64,000 bases of DNA from Gemmataceae bacterium (GCA_009697105.1 SIAQ01000011.1:1551-65550); one strand, 5' to 3'. Shown: positions 16,247 to 24,495, numbered from the stretch's first letter. Program-made: numbers and translations. The notes: generated by a model from the letters alone, not told the origin.

Positions 16247-18496
16247 ATGCGATTCCACTTTGCCATCCCATTTATCGGATTCCTCTTCACGTCAGCCCTC
16301 CACGCCGGCGAGCCGAACGTCTGGACCAAGCTGCCCAAGGCTGAGATCATTGGCCAGCGCTCGGATATTCCGCTCGGCTATGACAGCATCGCCAAGCGGT
16401 TCGTCATTCTCGGCGGGCGCACGAATTACGGCAACTATCGCAAGCCGCGCTCGTATGATACGCTGACACTCGATACGAAATCGTTCGTATGGGAGAATAC
16501 GTATCCTTCGGGCAAGGACTGGGGTCCCGCCGTCGGCCCCTGCCAGGCGCCGGCGTGGAAAGGCGAGGTCTGGGGCTTCCGCGACGCCGAGGGCAACACC
16601 AGGCCGAACTGGACCATCTACGGCACGTTCTCGCTCGGCCAAAAATACGACTTGGACCCCGATACCAAAGCGTTCTACTTCTACGCCGGCGGCAGCACCT
16701 TCAAGTACGATCCCGCCGAACGCAAATGGACCGACCTGCAACCTGCGATGCATCCCGAAAAAGCACTCAACGGGCGGTTACTCTGGAGTTCGATGGTCTA
16801 TGACGCTCACAACAAACAGTTCCTCCTCTTCGGCGGCGGGAACGTCGAATCCGAGCGCGGCGACCCCGGCACCTGGACCTACTCGCCCGCACGCAATGCC
16901 TGGACGCAACTGAAGCTAGACGTGCAGCCGCCACAACGCGCCAACTCGCGTCTGGCGTATGACCCGCTCGCCAAGAAGATCGTCCTCTTCGGCGGCGATC
17001 AGCTCGATCAACTCCTGTCCGATACCTGGACCTTCGACGTCGTCACGCAGCGCTGGGAAGAGGCGGCAATCGCCAACGATGTCGCGCCATCTCCGCGCGG
17101 CGGGCATGCGCTGCTTTGGCTGCCGAGCGCTAAGAGGATTGCCCTAATAGGTGGATACACCTACACATCCACAATCGGCTACACGTCGTCGCTCTATCAG
17201 CGATTGCCCAATGAGATATGGACGTATGACATCGCCACGCGGCGCTGGCAGTTGATCCGGCGAAGTGGCGTGAAGGAAGGCCCGGATACGCCGACGAATT
17301 TCTTCACCAGCGCGGCTGTCGATGAAACCGATCGCGTGGTCTTACTCGGCCAAACCGGAACGTGGACGACGACGCTCGACATGACGAAAGCCGACGACGC
17401 CGGGAACAAGAAATTCGGCGTCAAACCCGGCACGACCGAGCGGCGCGAAGGGCCACACGATCCAAGCTGGTACATCAAGGGCGTTCCCGATGCCGATCCC
17501 GCCAAGGTCGCCGCCGAGTTGAAGGACTTGCCCGCGAACGCCTGGAAGATCCGCCCCACGCCCAAACTGCCCGGCCCGAACATGGACTGGGGTTCCGCGG
17601 TGTTCTCGCCGGAACTCGACCGGATCATGCGCTTCTCCGGCGGTCATTCCGCCTACAGCGGCACGGCGCCGCAGGTGTACGACGTGAAGACCGACCGCTA
17701 CGCGATCCCGTTCGTGCCGGAGTATCCGCTCGAATATGTCTACAGCAACGATCAAGTCAACGGCGAATGGAGCTTCAAGAAAAACCCGTGGATGACAGGC
17801 CACACTTACAAATCGACCGGCTACGATCCGCGTCTCAAGGCGTTGGTGTTCGGTCCGCACGAGTACACCTACTTCTTCGATCCGCTGGAGAAACGCTGGT
17901 CGCGCTCACCGACGAAGAATCCGTATCGGCCCAACTTCTACGTCGTCACCCTATGCACGACGCCCGACGGCGTGATCGCCTGGGCCAACGAACGCCAGAG
18001 CGGCTCACCGGGCCTTTGGCGATTGGATGCCACATCGCGCACCTGGAAGGCGTTGCCACTCAAAGGTGAGATGCCGGCGACGAGTGCTGACCACCACGGT
18101 ATGGCGTACGATGCGAAGCGCGATCGCCTGCTGCTTTTCAGCGACATCGGCAAGAACAAAGGCGACGTGTTGGCGTACGATTTCAAAGCGGGCAAAACGC
18201 AATGGCTCAACGCCGCCGGCCGCGACAAGGCACTGGAACATTGCCGGGAGACGGTCTATTTGCCGGAGCAAGACGCGGTGCTGATCGGTGCCCGCATGCC
18301 CGGCGAAAAAGGCTGGATGCTCTACGACTGTGCCGCCAACGCCTGGCGAGCAATACCGTTTGCAGGCGACGATCCGCTCGGCAAAAGAGAGTTCAACAAC
18401 TCGATGGGCCTGATGTACGACCCGACCCGCCGATTAGTTTGGGCCGTCGGGCAGAATAGCCACGTGCACGTATTGCGAGTGACGAGTGACAAGTGA
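16247..18496 (+). CDS. Secreted Kelch/galactose-oxidase-like beta-propeller repeat protein
   Basis: Signal peptide. Recurring blades ending in LLFGG/VLFGG/LIGG followed by W(T/E)(Y/F)D motifs. Confidence 0.7.
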   Translation: MRFHFAIPFIGFLFTSALHAGEPNVWTKLPKAEIIGQRSDIPLGYDSIAKRFVILGGRTNYGNYRKPRSYDTLTLDTKSFVWENTYPSGKDWGPAVGPCQAPAWKGEVWGFRDAEGNTRPNWTIYGTFSLGQKYDLDPDTKAFYFYAGGSTFKYDPAERKWTDLQPAMHPEKALNGRLLWSSMVYDAHNKQFLLFGGGNVESERGDPGTWTYSPARNAWTQLKLDVQPPQRANSRLAYDPLAKKIVLFGGDQLDQLLSDTWTFDVVTQRWEEAAIANDVAPSPRGGHALLWLPSAKRIALIGGYTYTSTIGYTSSLYQRLPNEIWTYDIATRRWQLIRRSGVKEGPDTPTNFFTSAAVDETDRVVLLGQTGTWTTTLDMTKADDAGNKKFGVKPGTTERREGPHDPSWYIKGVPDADPAKVAAELKDLPANAWKIRPTPKLPGPNMDWGSAVFSPELDRIMRFSGGHSAYSGTAPQVYDVKTDRYAIPFVPEYPLEYVYSNDQVNGEWSFKKNPWMTGHTYKSTGYDPRLKALVFGPHEYTYFFDPLEKRWSRSPTKNPYRPNFYVVTLCTTPDGVIAWANERQSGSPGLWRLDATSRTWKALPLKGEMPATSADHHGMAYDAKRDRLLLFSDIGKNKGDVLAYDFKAGKTQWLNAAGRDKALEHCRETVYLPEQDAVLIGARMPGEKGWMLYDCAANAWRAIPFAGDDPLGKREFNNSMGLMYDPTRRLVWAVGQNSHVHVLRVTSDK

Positions 18497-18506
18497 AAGC
18501 GATTCG

Positions 18507-18567
18507 TATATAGCCCGCCATTTATGGCGGGTTCGACTGCAAACCCGCCATAAATGGCGGGCTATAT
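18507..18567. repeat. Family A palindrome
   Basis: TATATAGCCCGCCATTTATGGCGGG ... CCCGCCATAAATGGCGGGCTATAT. Confidence 0.85.
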
Positions 18568-18615
18568 GGGAACGAAAACGAGTTCCGCCAATCGCAGATT
18601 TTTTCGCAACCGACT

Positions 18616-18645
18616 TTGACAGCCGATCATGCCGCGCGTTACGAT
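18616..18645 (+). promoter_or_regulatory. Sigma-70-like promoter candidate TTGACA-N18-TACGAT inside the direct repeat
   Basis: Hexamers read directly. It points toward the toxin-antitoxin cassette. Confidence 0.3.
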
Positions 18646-18869
18646 CAAAAAAATCGCCGGCAAGCCCCAGGATGATCGCAGCGATTCCTGGGGGTGGAGC
18701 GTCATAAGAAACCTGCGAAATCGAGCCAACAATCCTTGACACGCCACCGCGAGTCTGGTCAAATGCCCTTGGTATAGCGCGCAGTAAGTTGCTCGATCGA
18801 GGCGGTGTGACGGGGCTGATCTGGTTGTCAGCGTGCGTCCACGATATGATGAACAGAAAGGAAGCAGCC

Positions 18870-19121
18870 ATGATCGAAATGACCGAACAGCAAATGCAGG
18901 CGTTCGAGACCCTGGACGTTACCCCGCCGCGCATCGTCAACCCCAGGACCAAAGAGGCTTTTGTGATGCTGCGCGTTGACGAATACGAGCGGCTGAAGGA
19001 GGACGAATACGACGACAGCCCCTGGACGAGCGAGGAGCGCCATGCGCTCGCATGGGAAGCGGGCAAGCATGCGGGCTGGGAGGAGATGGACGAATACGAC
19101 GACCTCCCGGAGAAGCCATGA
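18870..19121 (+). CDS. Putative antitoxin of the MazF/PemK-type module
   Basis: 83-aa acidic protein. SD-like AAGGAAG lies 7 nt upstream. Its stop overlaps the toxin start (ATGA). Confidence 0.6.
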   Translation: MIEMTEQQMQAFETLDVTPPRIVNPRTKEAFVMLRVDEYERLKEDEYDDSPWTSEERHALAWEAGKHAGWEEMDEYDDLPEKP

Positions 19122-19468
19122 ACCGGGGCGATGTGATCTTGGTCCGATTCCCACATCCGTCTGGGGTCCGTGGGAAGAAACGGCCTGCCGTGGTCGTGCA
19201 GTCCGACGCCTACGCGGGAGCTGTCAGCACGGTCGTTGTCGCCGAAGTAACGACGAACCTCGCGCTGGTGGCCGACCCCGCCTGCATGTTCATCGACATT
19301 AATACGCCCGACGGAAAGGCCACTGGCTTAATACACGATTCGGTTCTGTCCTGCCTTCTGCTTGCGACGGTGGACGCCGACAAGATTGCACAGAAGCTCG
19401 GATCGCTGTCACCAGCCATGAAGCAAAAGCTCAACGACTGCCTCAAAGCGGGGCTGGGTATACCTTAA
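19118..19468 (+). CDS. MazF/PemK-family type II toxin (mRNA interferase)
   Basis: MNRGDVILVRFPHPSG..KKRPAVVVQSD...V.VAEVTTN fits the PemK/MazF N-terminal signature. Confidence 0.8.
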   Translation: MNRGDVILVRFPHPSGVRGKKRPAVVVQSDAYAGAVSTVVVAEVTTNLALVADPACMFIDINTPDGKATGLIHDSVLSCLLLATVDADKIAQKLGSLSPAMKQKLNDCLKAGLGIP

Positions 19469-19480
19469 CCGGCGCGAATC

Positions 19481-19496
19481 GGCACCTATCGGTGCC
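19481..19496 (+). terminator. Short hairpin GGCACC-TATC-GGTGCC after the toxin gene
   Basis: 6-bp stem with no U-tract, so this is weak. Confidence 0.25.
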
Positions 19497-19568
19497 TCGT
19501 CTGGGCCGTGGGGCAGAATAGCCACGTGCACGTATTGCGAGTGACGAGTGACAAGTGAGAGCGATTCG

Positions 19569-19629
19569 TATATAGCCCGCCATTTATGGCGGGTTCGACT
19601 GCAAACCCGCCATAAATGGCGGGCTATAT
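19569..19629. repeat. Family A palindrome
   Basis: Identical to the copy at 18507-18567. Confidence 0.85.
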
Positions 19630-19677
19630 GGGAACGAATACAATCCCCGCCAAGCGCAGTTTTTTTCGCAACCGACT

Positions 19678-19707
19678 TTGACAGCCGATCATGCCGCGCG
19701 TTACGAT
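19678..19707 (+). promoter_or_regulatory. Second copy of the TTGACA-N18-TACGAT promoter candidate
   Basis: Duplicate of 18616-18645. It points toward the repeat array and the ORF at 20010. Confidence 0.3.
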
Positions 19708-19848
19708 CAAAAAAATCGCCGCCAAGCCCCAGGATGAACGCAGCGATTCCTGGGGGTGGAGCGTCATAAGAAACCTGCGAAATCGAAAAACCATTCTTGA
19801 CAACGGCCAGCGGATCGCTTCTACTACAATAAACTGGCCGGCACTTGC

Positions 19849-19940
19849 ATACGCTGACTGGGAGGCCTGAATACGCTGACCGGCGCGGCAAAATACGCTG
19901 ACCGGCGCGTACATACGTTTACCGGCTCCGGTCAGCATAC
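19849..19940 (+). repeat. Iteron-like tandem array of ATACGCTGACCGGCGCG (four direct units at 19849, 19871, 19893, 19913, plus an inverted partial unit CCGGTCAGCATAC)
   Basis: Read directly. Spacing is 22, 22 and 20 nt. Confidence 0.75.
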
Positions 19941-20009
19941 TCAGTAGTTCGGCTTGGTTCTCGCGCGGCTTCGGGTGGCATTGTTCTCGCGCGACAAAGA
20001 GGTCTGGCG

Positions 20010-20513
20010 ATGCGTTTCTGGTCGTGGATTAGATCTATGTTCGTGACCAAACCTCCGATGTTGCCGCGCGACGTGCCGGCGTTGCAGGCGGACCCTGATG
20101 ACCGCCTCTTCCACTTCGCTGATTGCGAAGGTGTGATCTTCCGCAAAGGGGAAGGCTGGGAGTCAAATCATTGGTACTTTTCAGCCTGGACACCATCGCG
20201 AGAGGAAATCCGGTCTGCCGAAGAGCGGTTGCCCACCTTCTTGGGAGAGTTAGCGAAAACGTGCGTGGAAAAGTACGACGCGGAGTCAGCCCAGCTCATT
20301 GCAGCGACGTTGAATACCTACCTTCGTCAGTATTTTGGGATCGTAATTGGGGAGCAACAGGTAGTGTTCATCAACTTTTTTACACGCGACTTCGTCGAAA
20401 ACTGGATGACTGAGCCTGTCATCGTCTGTGATGGTGGATGTAATTTTTTTCAGGTGATTTATAGACCGACGCAGGGGGATTTTCAAAGCTTCACGGTCAA
20501 CGGTGAAGCGTAA
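20010..20513 (+). CDS. Hypothetical protein (orphan, no family recognised)
   Basis: 167-aa ORF with SD-like AAAGAGG upstream. The region looks locally AT-richer than its surroundings (by eye). Confidence 0.5.
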   Translation: MRFWSWIRSMFVTKPPMLPRDVPALQADPDDRLFHFADCEGVIFRKGEGWESNHWYFSAWTPSREEIRSAEERLPTFLGELAKTCVEKYDAESAQLIAATLNTYLRQYFGIVIGEQQVVFINFFTRDFVENWMTEPVIVCDGGCNFFQVIYRPTQGDFQSFTVNGEA

Positions 20514-20723
20514 AGGGTAGCGGGGGACGTACCGCCGAACAGTTCTATGCCCCCTAAAGGTTGAACTACGTTCCTTCCTCGGCGACGATTCCGAATGATT
20601 TTCCGCGTCAATGTCATTGCAATCGGGCTTCAGGCGAAGAATGTGGCGATCGCCGATAATGTGCGGCGAGACTGTTTTAATTCGGTTTACTTCGCCACGC
20701 ATGAGTAAGGAGAGGTGACTGCC

Positions 20724-20939
20724 ATGAGCCAAGTCATTCCATTTGGCGAAGTCTTGGAAGCTGCCGATCATCTGTCGATAGATGAGCAGCCGGAATTAAT
20801 CGCGGTTTTGGCCCGAAGGTTGGCACAAGCCGGCCGGCAGCGCGTGGCAGCCGACGTTCAGGAGGCCCGCCAGGAATTTGCAGAAGGACGCTGTACACCT
20901 ACCACCCCCGAGCAAATGATGCTTGAGATTCTGCAATGA
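20724..20939 (+). CDS. Putative RelB/ParD-class antitoxin (small helical protein)
   Basis: 71 aa with a strong SD (AAGGAGAGG) 8 nt upstream of ATG 20724. Its stop overlaps the next ATG (ATGA). Confidence 0.6.
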   Translation: MSQVIPFGEVLEAADHLSIDEQPELIAVLARRLAQAGRQRVAADVQEARQEFAEGRCTPTTPEQMMLEILQ

Positions 20940-21096
20940 AGCGCGTGCTTATCAAGTCGGCGGCCTTGGAGAGTTGGCTGGATCATGGGCTAGCAGGGGC
21001 GGGTATGACCTGCGAATTGTGTTCGAGTTCGTCCAACACGAAGGCGTCGAGGCGATCCAGTTGCAATCGGTCGGGACGCACGATGAGGTCTATTAG
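20936..21096 (+). pseudogene. RelE/ParE-family toxin remnant (internal deletion plus frameshift)
   Basis: The start frame gives MKRVLIKSAALE. A different frame gives GGLGELAGSWASRGGYDLRIVFEFVQHEGVEAIQLQSVGTHDEVY-stop, a typical RelE/ParE C-terminus. About 40 central residues are missing. Confidence 0.6.
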
Positions 21097-21144
21097 CAGC
21101 CGCCGAACCCCTATCCCGACGTGTCTTTTGCTACGGACCACGAA

Positions 21145-22551
21145 CTAAGGCCGATTCGGCAACCGCAGCAACCCGTACCCCGTTTCGATATCGTGGCCTG
21201 GCGGGCCGAGGTCGAGGGCGGAGAGCTTGAGGGCGTCGCGGATCAGGGATGCGGAGGCGTTGGGCTGGTTGGACCAGAGCAGCGCCGCCAGGCCGGCGCC
21301 TTGTGGGGCGGCGGCGGAAGTGCCAGAGAATGGGCGGGCGCGGCCGAACGTCGGGAACGGCACAATCGCTGTGAAATCGGGCTTCGGCTCGCGCGAATTT
21401 GGGCCGCACGAACTGTAGGGAGCCCGACGACCGTTCGCATCCACCGCGCCGATGGCGATCACTTTCACGCCGTCGCCTGGAAACGGAATACTGCCGCGAG
21501 CGGTTGTTTGATTCAATGATCCGCCAAGCGTTACGAGATGGAATGCTTCCTGTCGATCCGCCGCCTTGGCGTCCAGGCAGCGCACTTTCACGTGATACTG
21601 TTTTCCTCCGGTCGGTTCAAACCGCACGATCGCCCGGCCAGCGGATCGTGAGGCGTCCGCTTCGAGGTGGGCACTGCCAATAAGACGACCGGTTCGATCG
21701 TCAGCGACTTCAACGACGAACGGCGCGGCGGTCGGGCCGTAGAGTTCGACGGCGACACGTTCATCGCCCCAGGGCGTCAGCAGATTCTCGATCTCACCGG
21801 CGGCGTTCCAGCGCTGCCATCCCTGCGCGCTCGGCGAATAGATGCCGCACCAGTGACGCTGAGCGGTATTTCCGGCACTGGCGAAGAAGAGCATGTCGTT
21901 AGCGTCGTCGCCGCTGCCAAGGATGCGCTGCAATTCGCGATGCACTTCCCCGCCGCCTTCGCCGTCGCTCCAGCTTGGCATGATCAGCGAACAAGTTACG
22001 ATCTTCGCCCCTTGCGATTTGGCCCAGCGGACGGCATCGAGAAACGACTTCGGATCGTCCGTGTCCCAGTTCGCAAGCAGCAGGTTGGCTTGCGGCGCGA
22101 GGGCGTGGACGATCTCCGCGCAGAGCAGTCCGTGTTGGCTGTCGCGTGCTTCAAGCTCACGATCACGGCGAAACGAACGCGTTGTAACCCGAGGCGGCAG
22201 ATTCTTGCCGAGTTGACTTTGAAGATTGCGAAAGCCGCTGTCGAGAATGCAAACGGTGACGCCCCTGCCCTGTATGTCCGCGCGATGCCAGCGCTCGACG
22301 CCGAGGTGGGTGAGATGCGATTGGCGTTCGAGAGCCGGCGCTTCGCAGCGATTCTGCCCCGCGATGTCTTGCGCGTTCTGCTCGCCAACCGGCTTCGTTG
22401 GCGCAGTCGGCTGGGAGCATGCGGGGACGAAAATCAGCAGCGCGATCAGGTAGCGACGAAGGAGGTCAAACCACGCAAGTTGGGCTGGTTTTGCGTGGAC
22501 GACAGGTCTCGATTGGCAACTCATGTTCCCAATATCGGCCAAGTCTGCCAA
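21145..22551 (-). CDS. Subtilisin-like serine peptidase (S8), lipoprotein
   Basis: Catalytic motifs ILDSGF (Asp), HGLLCAEIV (His) and GTSAAAPQGAG (Ser). Lipobox-like VPAC. Confidence 0.85.
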   Translation of the reverse strand: MADLADIGNMSCQSRPVVHAKPAQLAWFDLLRRYLIALLIFVPACSQPTAPTKPVGEQNAQDIAGQNRCEAPALERQSHLTHLGVERWHRADIQGRGVTVCILDSGFRNLQSQLGKNLPPRVTTRSFRRDRELEARDSQHGLLCAEIVHALAPQANLLLANWDTDDPKSFLDAVRWAKSQGAKIVTCSLIMPSWSDGEGGGEVHRELQRILGSGDDANDMLFFASAGNTAQRHWCGIYSPSAQGWQRWNAAGEIENLLTPWGDERVAVELYGPTAAPFVVEVADDRTGRLIGSAHLEADASRSAGRAIVRFEPTGGKQYHVKVRCLDAKAADRQEAFHLVTLGGSLNQTTARGSIPFPGDGVKVIAIGAVDANGRRAPYSSCGPNSREPKPDFTAIVPFPTFGRARPFSGTSAAAPQGAGLAALLWSNQPNASASLIRDALKLSALDLGPPGHDIETGYGLLRLPNRP

Positions 22552-22635
22552 ATCTCCGCATCGAATCGATTCTGCCAGGTTTTACAAAACGTGAAGATGG
22601 GCAGGTGGTGCGGATCGGCGAAAGGATGGGATTGT

Positions 22636-22716
22636 CTAGCCGCTCGCCTTTGGCGAGCGCGGGCTGATGCGATGTAATGCAACAAGCCCGCGCTCGCCAG
22701 AGGCGAGCGGCTAAAC
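22636..22716. repeat. Palindromic repeat, family C (CTAGCCGCTCGCCTTTGGCGAGCGCGGGC ... GCCCGCGCTCGCCAGAGGCGAGCGGCTAAAC)
   Basis: Long inverted arms between convergent genes. Confidence 0.85.
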
Positions 22717-22724
22717 GCAATGAG

Positions 22725-23963
22725 TTATTTCGCCATCTCCACGCACACCAGCTCTTTGGCGTCGCGGATGTACAGGCGGCCATTGGCGAGGGCGGGATGC
22801 GCCCACGTGCTGCCGCAGATTTTGCTACGACTCAATTCGGTGTAACCCGTTCGGCTCGGCTCGAAGAGGACGAGGTTGCCGGGTTCCTCGACCATGAGGA
22901 ACTTGCCGTCGCCGGTACGTAATAGCGACGCATGATACGTGCCGACGTTGTCGCGTTTCCAGAGTTCATCGCCGGTCGTCGCGTCGATGCAGCGCAAGAC
23001 CGCCGCAGATTTTTTGAACGAAAGTGGGTTGTTGCCCGTGACGACGTACATCGTATCTTTGCCATGGGCGACAGGCGTGGCGAAGTAGCACGTCAGTGCC
23101 GGTTTGGCCCACAACTCCTTGATGCTCGGCGGATTCGATTTACTGTCGAGCTTCACGCCGATGCTGCCGGTGGTGATCGAGCTGGCGAAGACGACGTCAT
23201 CGATGAGCACCGGCGTCGTCGAGCTTTCGCTGATGAGGTCAACGAGCTTACGCTGCCAAAAGATCGTGCCGTCCTCGGGCGAGATCGACAACAGTCCCTT
23301 CGCGGTTAGGAAGAGCACTTGCCGAGCGTCGCCCGAACCGATGGCGGTGGGCGAGGAGTAGCTGGCGCCGTCGTCGAGTTTTTTCCAGACTTCTTTGCCT
23401 GATTTTTTGTTGAAGGCGACGATCCCAGCCCCCTTCGCGCCGACGTTGACAAGCACATGATCGCCTTCGACAATCGGTGAGCACGACACGCCGAAGTAAA
23501 GCGATGGGCCTTTGTACTCCTTGGCGGTGTCAATCTGCCAATGAATTTTGTCCGATTTGGCGTCGCTGCACGTCAGGATGCCGGTGATGCCAAAAGTGTA
23601 GACCTTACCGCCGACGACCGTCGGACAACCGCGTGGCCCGTTGCCGAAGGGGATCGCTGTCGCTTTGCGCGGATAGGTCGTGGTCCACTGCGATTGGCCC
23701 GTAATGGCGTCGAAGACAGCGATGGCTTCCTCGTTTTTCCCGTTGGGCCTCATGTGCAGGAAAACTTTGCCATTGGCGATTACTGGCGCGCCATGGCCTT
23801 CGCCAACGGGTTGCCTCCAGAGAATCTTGAGCGGCTCCTTCCACGGCTTGACCGTTTCCGGCGAGTTGCTGTCGCGCTTCGGCCCCAGCCATTGCGGCCA
23901 ATCCGCGGCGGAGGAGATCGGGGTCATTATCAAACCGGCGATCAGGACAAATAACATTCGCAT
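22725..23963 (-). CDS. PQQ-like beta-propeller repeat protein (BamB-like fold), secreted
   Basis: Signal peptide, DWPQWLGP start motif, and repeated G.V(Y/F) blades. Confidence 0.8.
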   Translation of the reverse strand: MRMLFVLIAGLIMTPISSAADWPQWLGPKRDSNSPETVKPWKEPLKILWRQPVGEGHGAPVIANGKVFLHMRPNGKNEEAIAVFDAITGQSQWTTTYPRKATAIPFGNGPRGCPTVVGGKVYTFGITGILTCSDAKSDKIHWQIDTAKEYKGPSLYFGVSCSPIVEGDHVLVNVGAKGAGIVAFNKKSGKEVWKKLDDGASYSSPTAIGSGDARQVLFLTAKGLLSISPEDGTIFWQRKLVDLISESSTTPVLIDDVVFASSITTGSIGVKLDSKSNPPSIKELWAKPALTCYFATPVAHGKDTMYVVTGNNPLSFKKSAAVLRCIDATTGDELWKRDNVGTYHASLLRTGDGKFLMVEEPGNLVLFEPSRTGYTELSRSKICGSTWAHPALANGRLYIRDAKELVCVEMAK

Positions 23964-24033
23964 TGAGAATCCTCGATTAGATACTGTTTAGTCGTTCGAC
24001 TTTGGCGGGCGGCAAAACAAGGTAATGGACGTT

Positions 24034-24495
24034 TCACATCCGAATGGCATTCATTCGGTTGGTAATTTCCTCGACGGAGATCAAATCGCCTTGGCCAGCC
24101 CCGGGGCAGATATCACGGGTTTCCTGCCAATGATTGGGCGTGCTGACGTTGCTTTCCCAGAACGGCCAAGTTCGGCATTGCGTTGGTCGAACGGGATAGA
24201 TCGTGCACCCATCTGAGCGGTCGAAGAAAACGCAATCGCCGCCGGCTTTCTCACGCAACGTTCGGCCATTGCGAGCGACGTAGGTATGCATCGCGCGGAC
24301 TTCTTCGAGCGGTTCGCCCAGAAATTTGGCGATGGCGTGAAGCTCAGCTTCGCTGACCCAGACGAAGCCCGGTGCACCGGTGCAACAGTTGCCACACTGC
24401 GTGCAGCGAAATTGCAAGCCGGCACGATACCACCGATCAGCGTCGGGAGGAGCATTCATGCGGGTGATTTTAGGATTGGCGGTCGTGAACGTCAC
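24034..24495 (-). CDS. YkgJ-family Cys-cluster (CxxCxxCC) protein
   Basis: FRCTQCGNCCTGAPGFVWV and a second Cys cluster. Confidence 0.8.
   Translation of the reverse strand: MTFTTANPKITRMNAPPDADRWYRAGLQFRCTQCGNCCTGAPGFVWVSEAELHAIAKFLGEPLEEVRAMHTYVARNGRTLREKAGGDCVFFDRSDGCTIYPVRPTQCRTWPFWESNVSTPNHWQETRDICPGAGQGDLISVEEITNRMNAIRM

Larger units (their letters stand above)
18440..18724 (+). repeat. 285-nt direct repeat, left copy (contains the last 54 coding nt plus stop of the Kelch gene, a family A palindrome and a family H half copy)
   Basis: Aligns without gaps to 19502-19786 (offset 1062). My hand alignment counts about a dozen mismatches. Confidence 0.85.
19502..19786 (+). repeat. 285-nt direct repeat, right copy
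   Basis: See 18440-18724. It still encodes W A V G Q N S H V H V L R V T S D K stop in frame, although no gene body precedes it. Confidence 0.85.

Noticed and set aside
18735-18869. A sigma-70 promoter or operator directly upstream of the antitoxin (TTGACA at 18735, TTGTCA near 18821 with TATGAT)
   Set aside because: Hexamer spacings are 32 nt and 14 nt, outside the 16-19 nt window. I kept only the TTGACA-N18-TACGAT candidate in the repeat, at low confidence.
19849-19940. Possible CRISPR array, because of the repeated ~20-nt units
   Set aside because: The units abut each other with no unique spacers. There are only four or five short, degenerate units, and no cas genes anywhere in the window. 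It is better described as an iteron- or operator-like tandem array.
20936-21148. The 70-aa ORF listed in the track as a possible intact gene
   Set aside because: Its sequence is low-complexity Ser/Arg-rich after the first ~12 residues. The recognisable RelE/ParE C-terminus lies in a different frame and ends at 21096. I interpret the ORF as the frameshifted remnant of a toxin gene.
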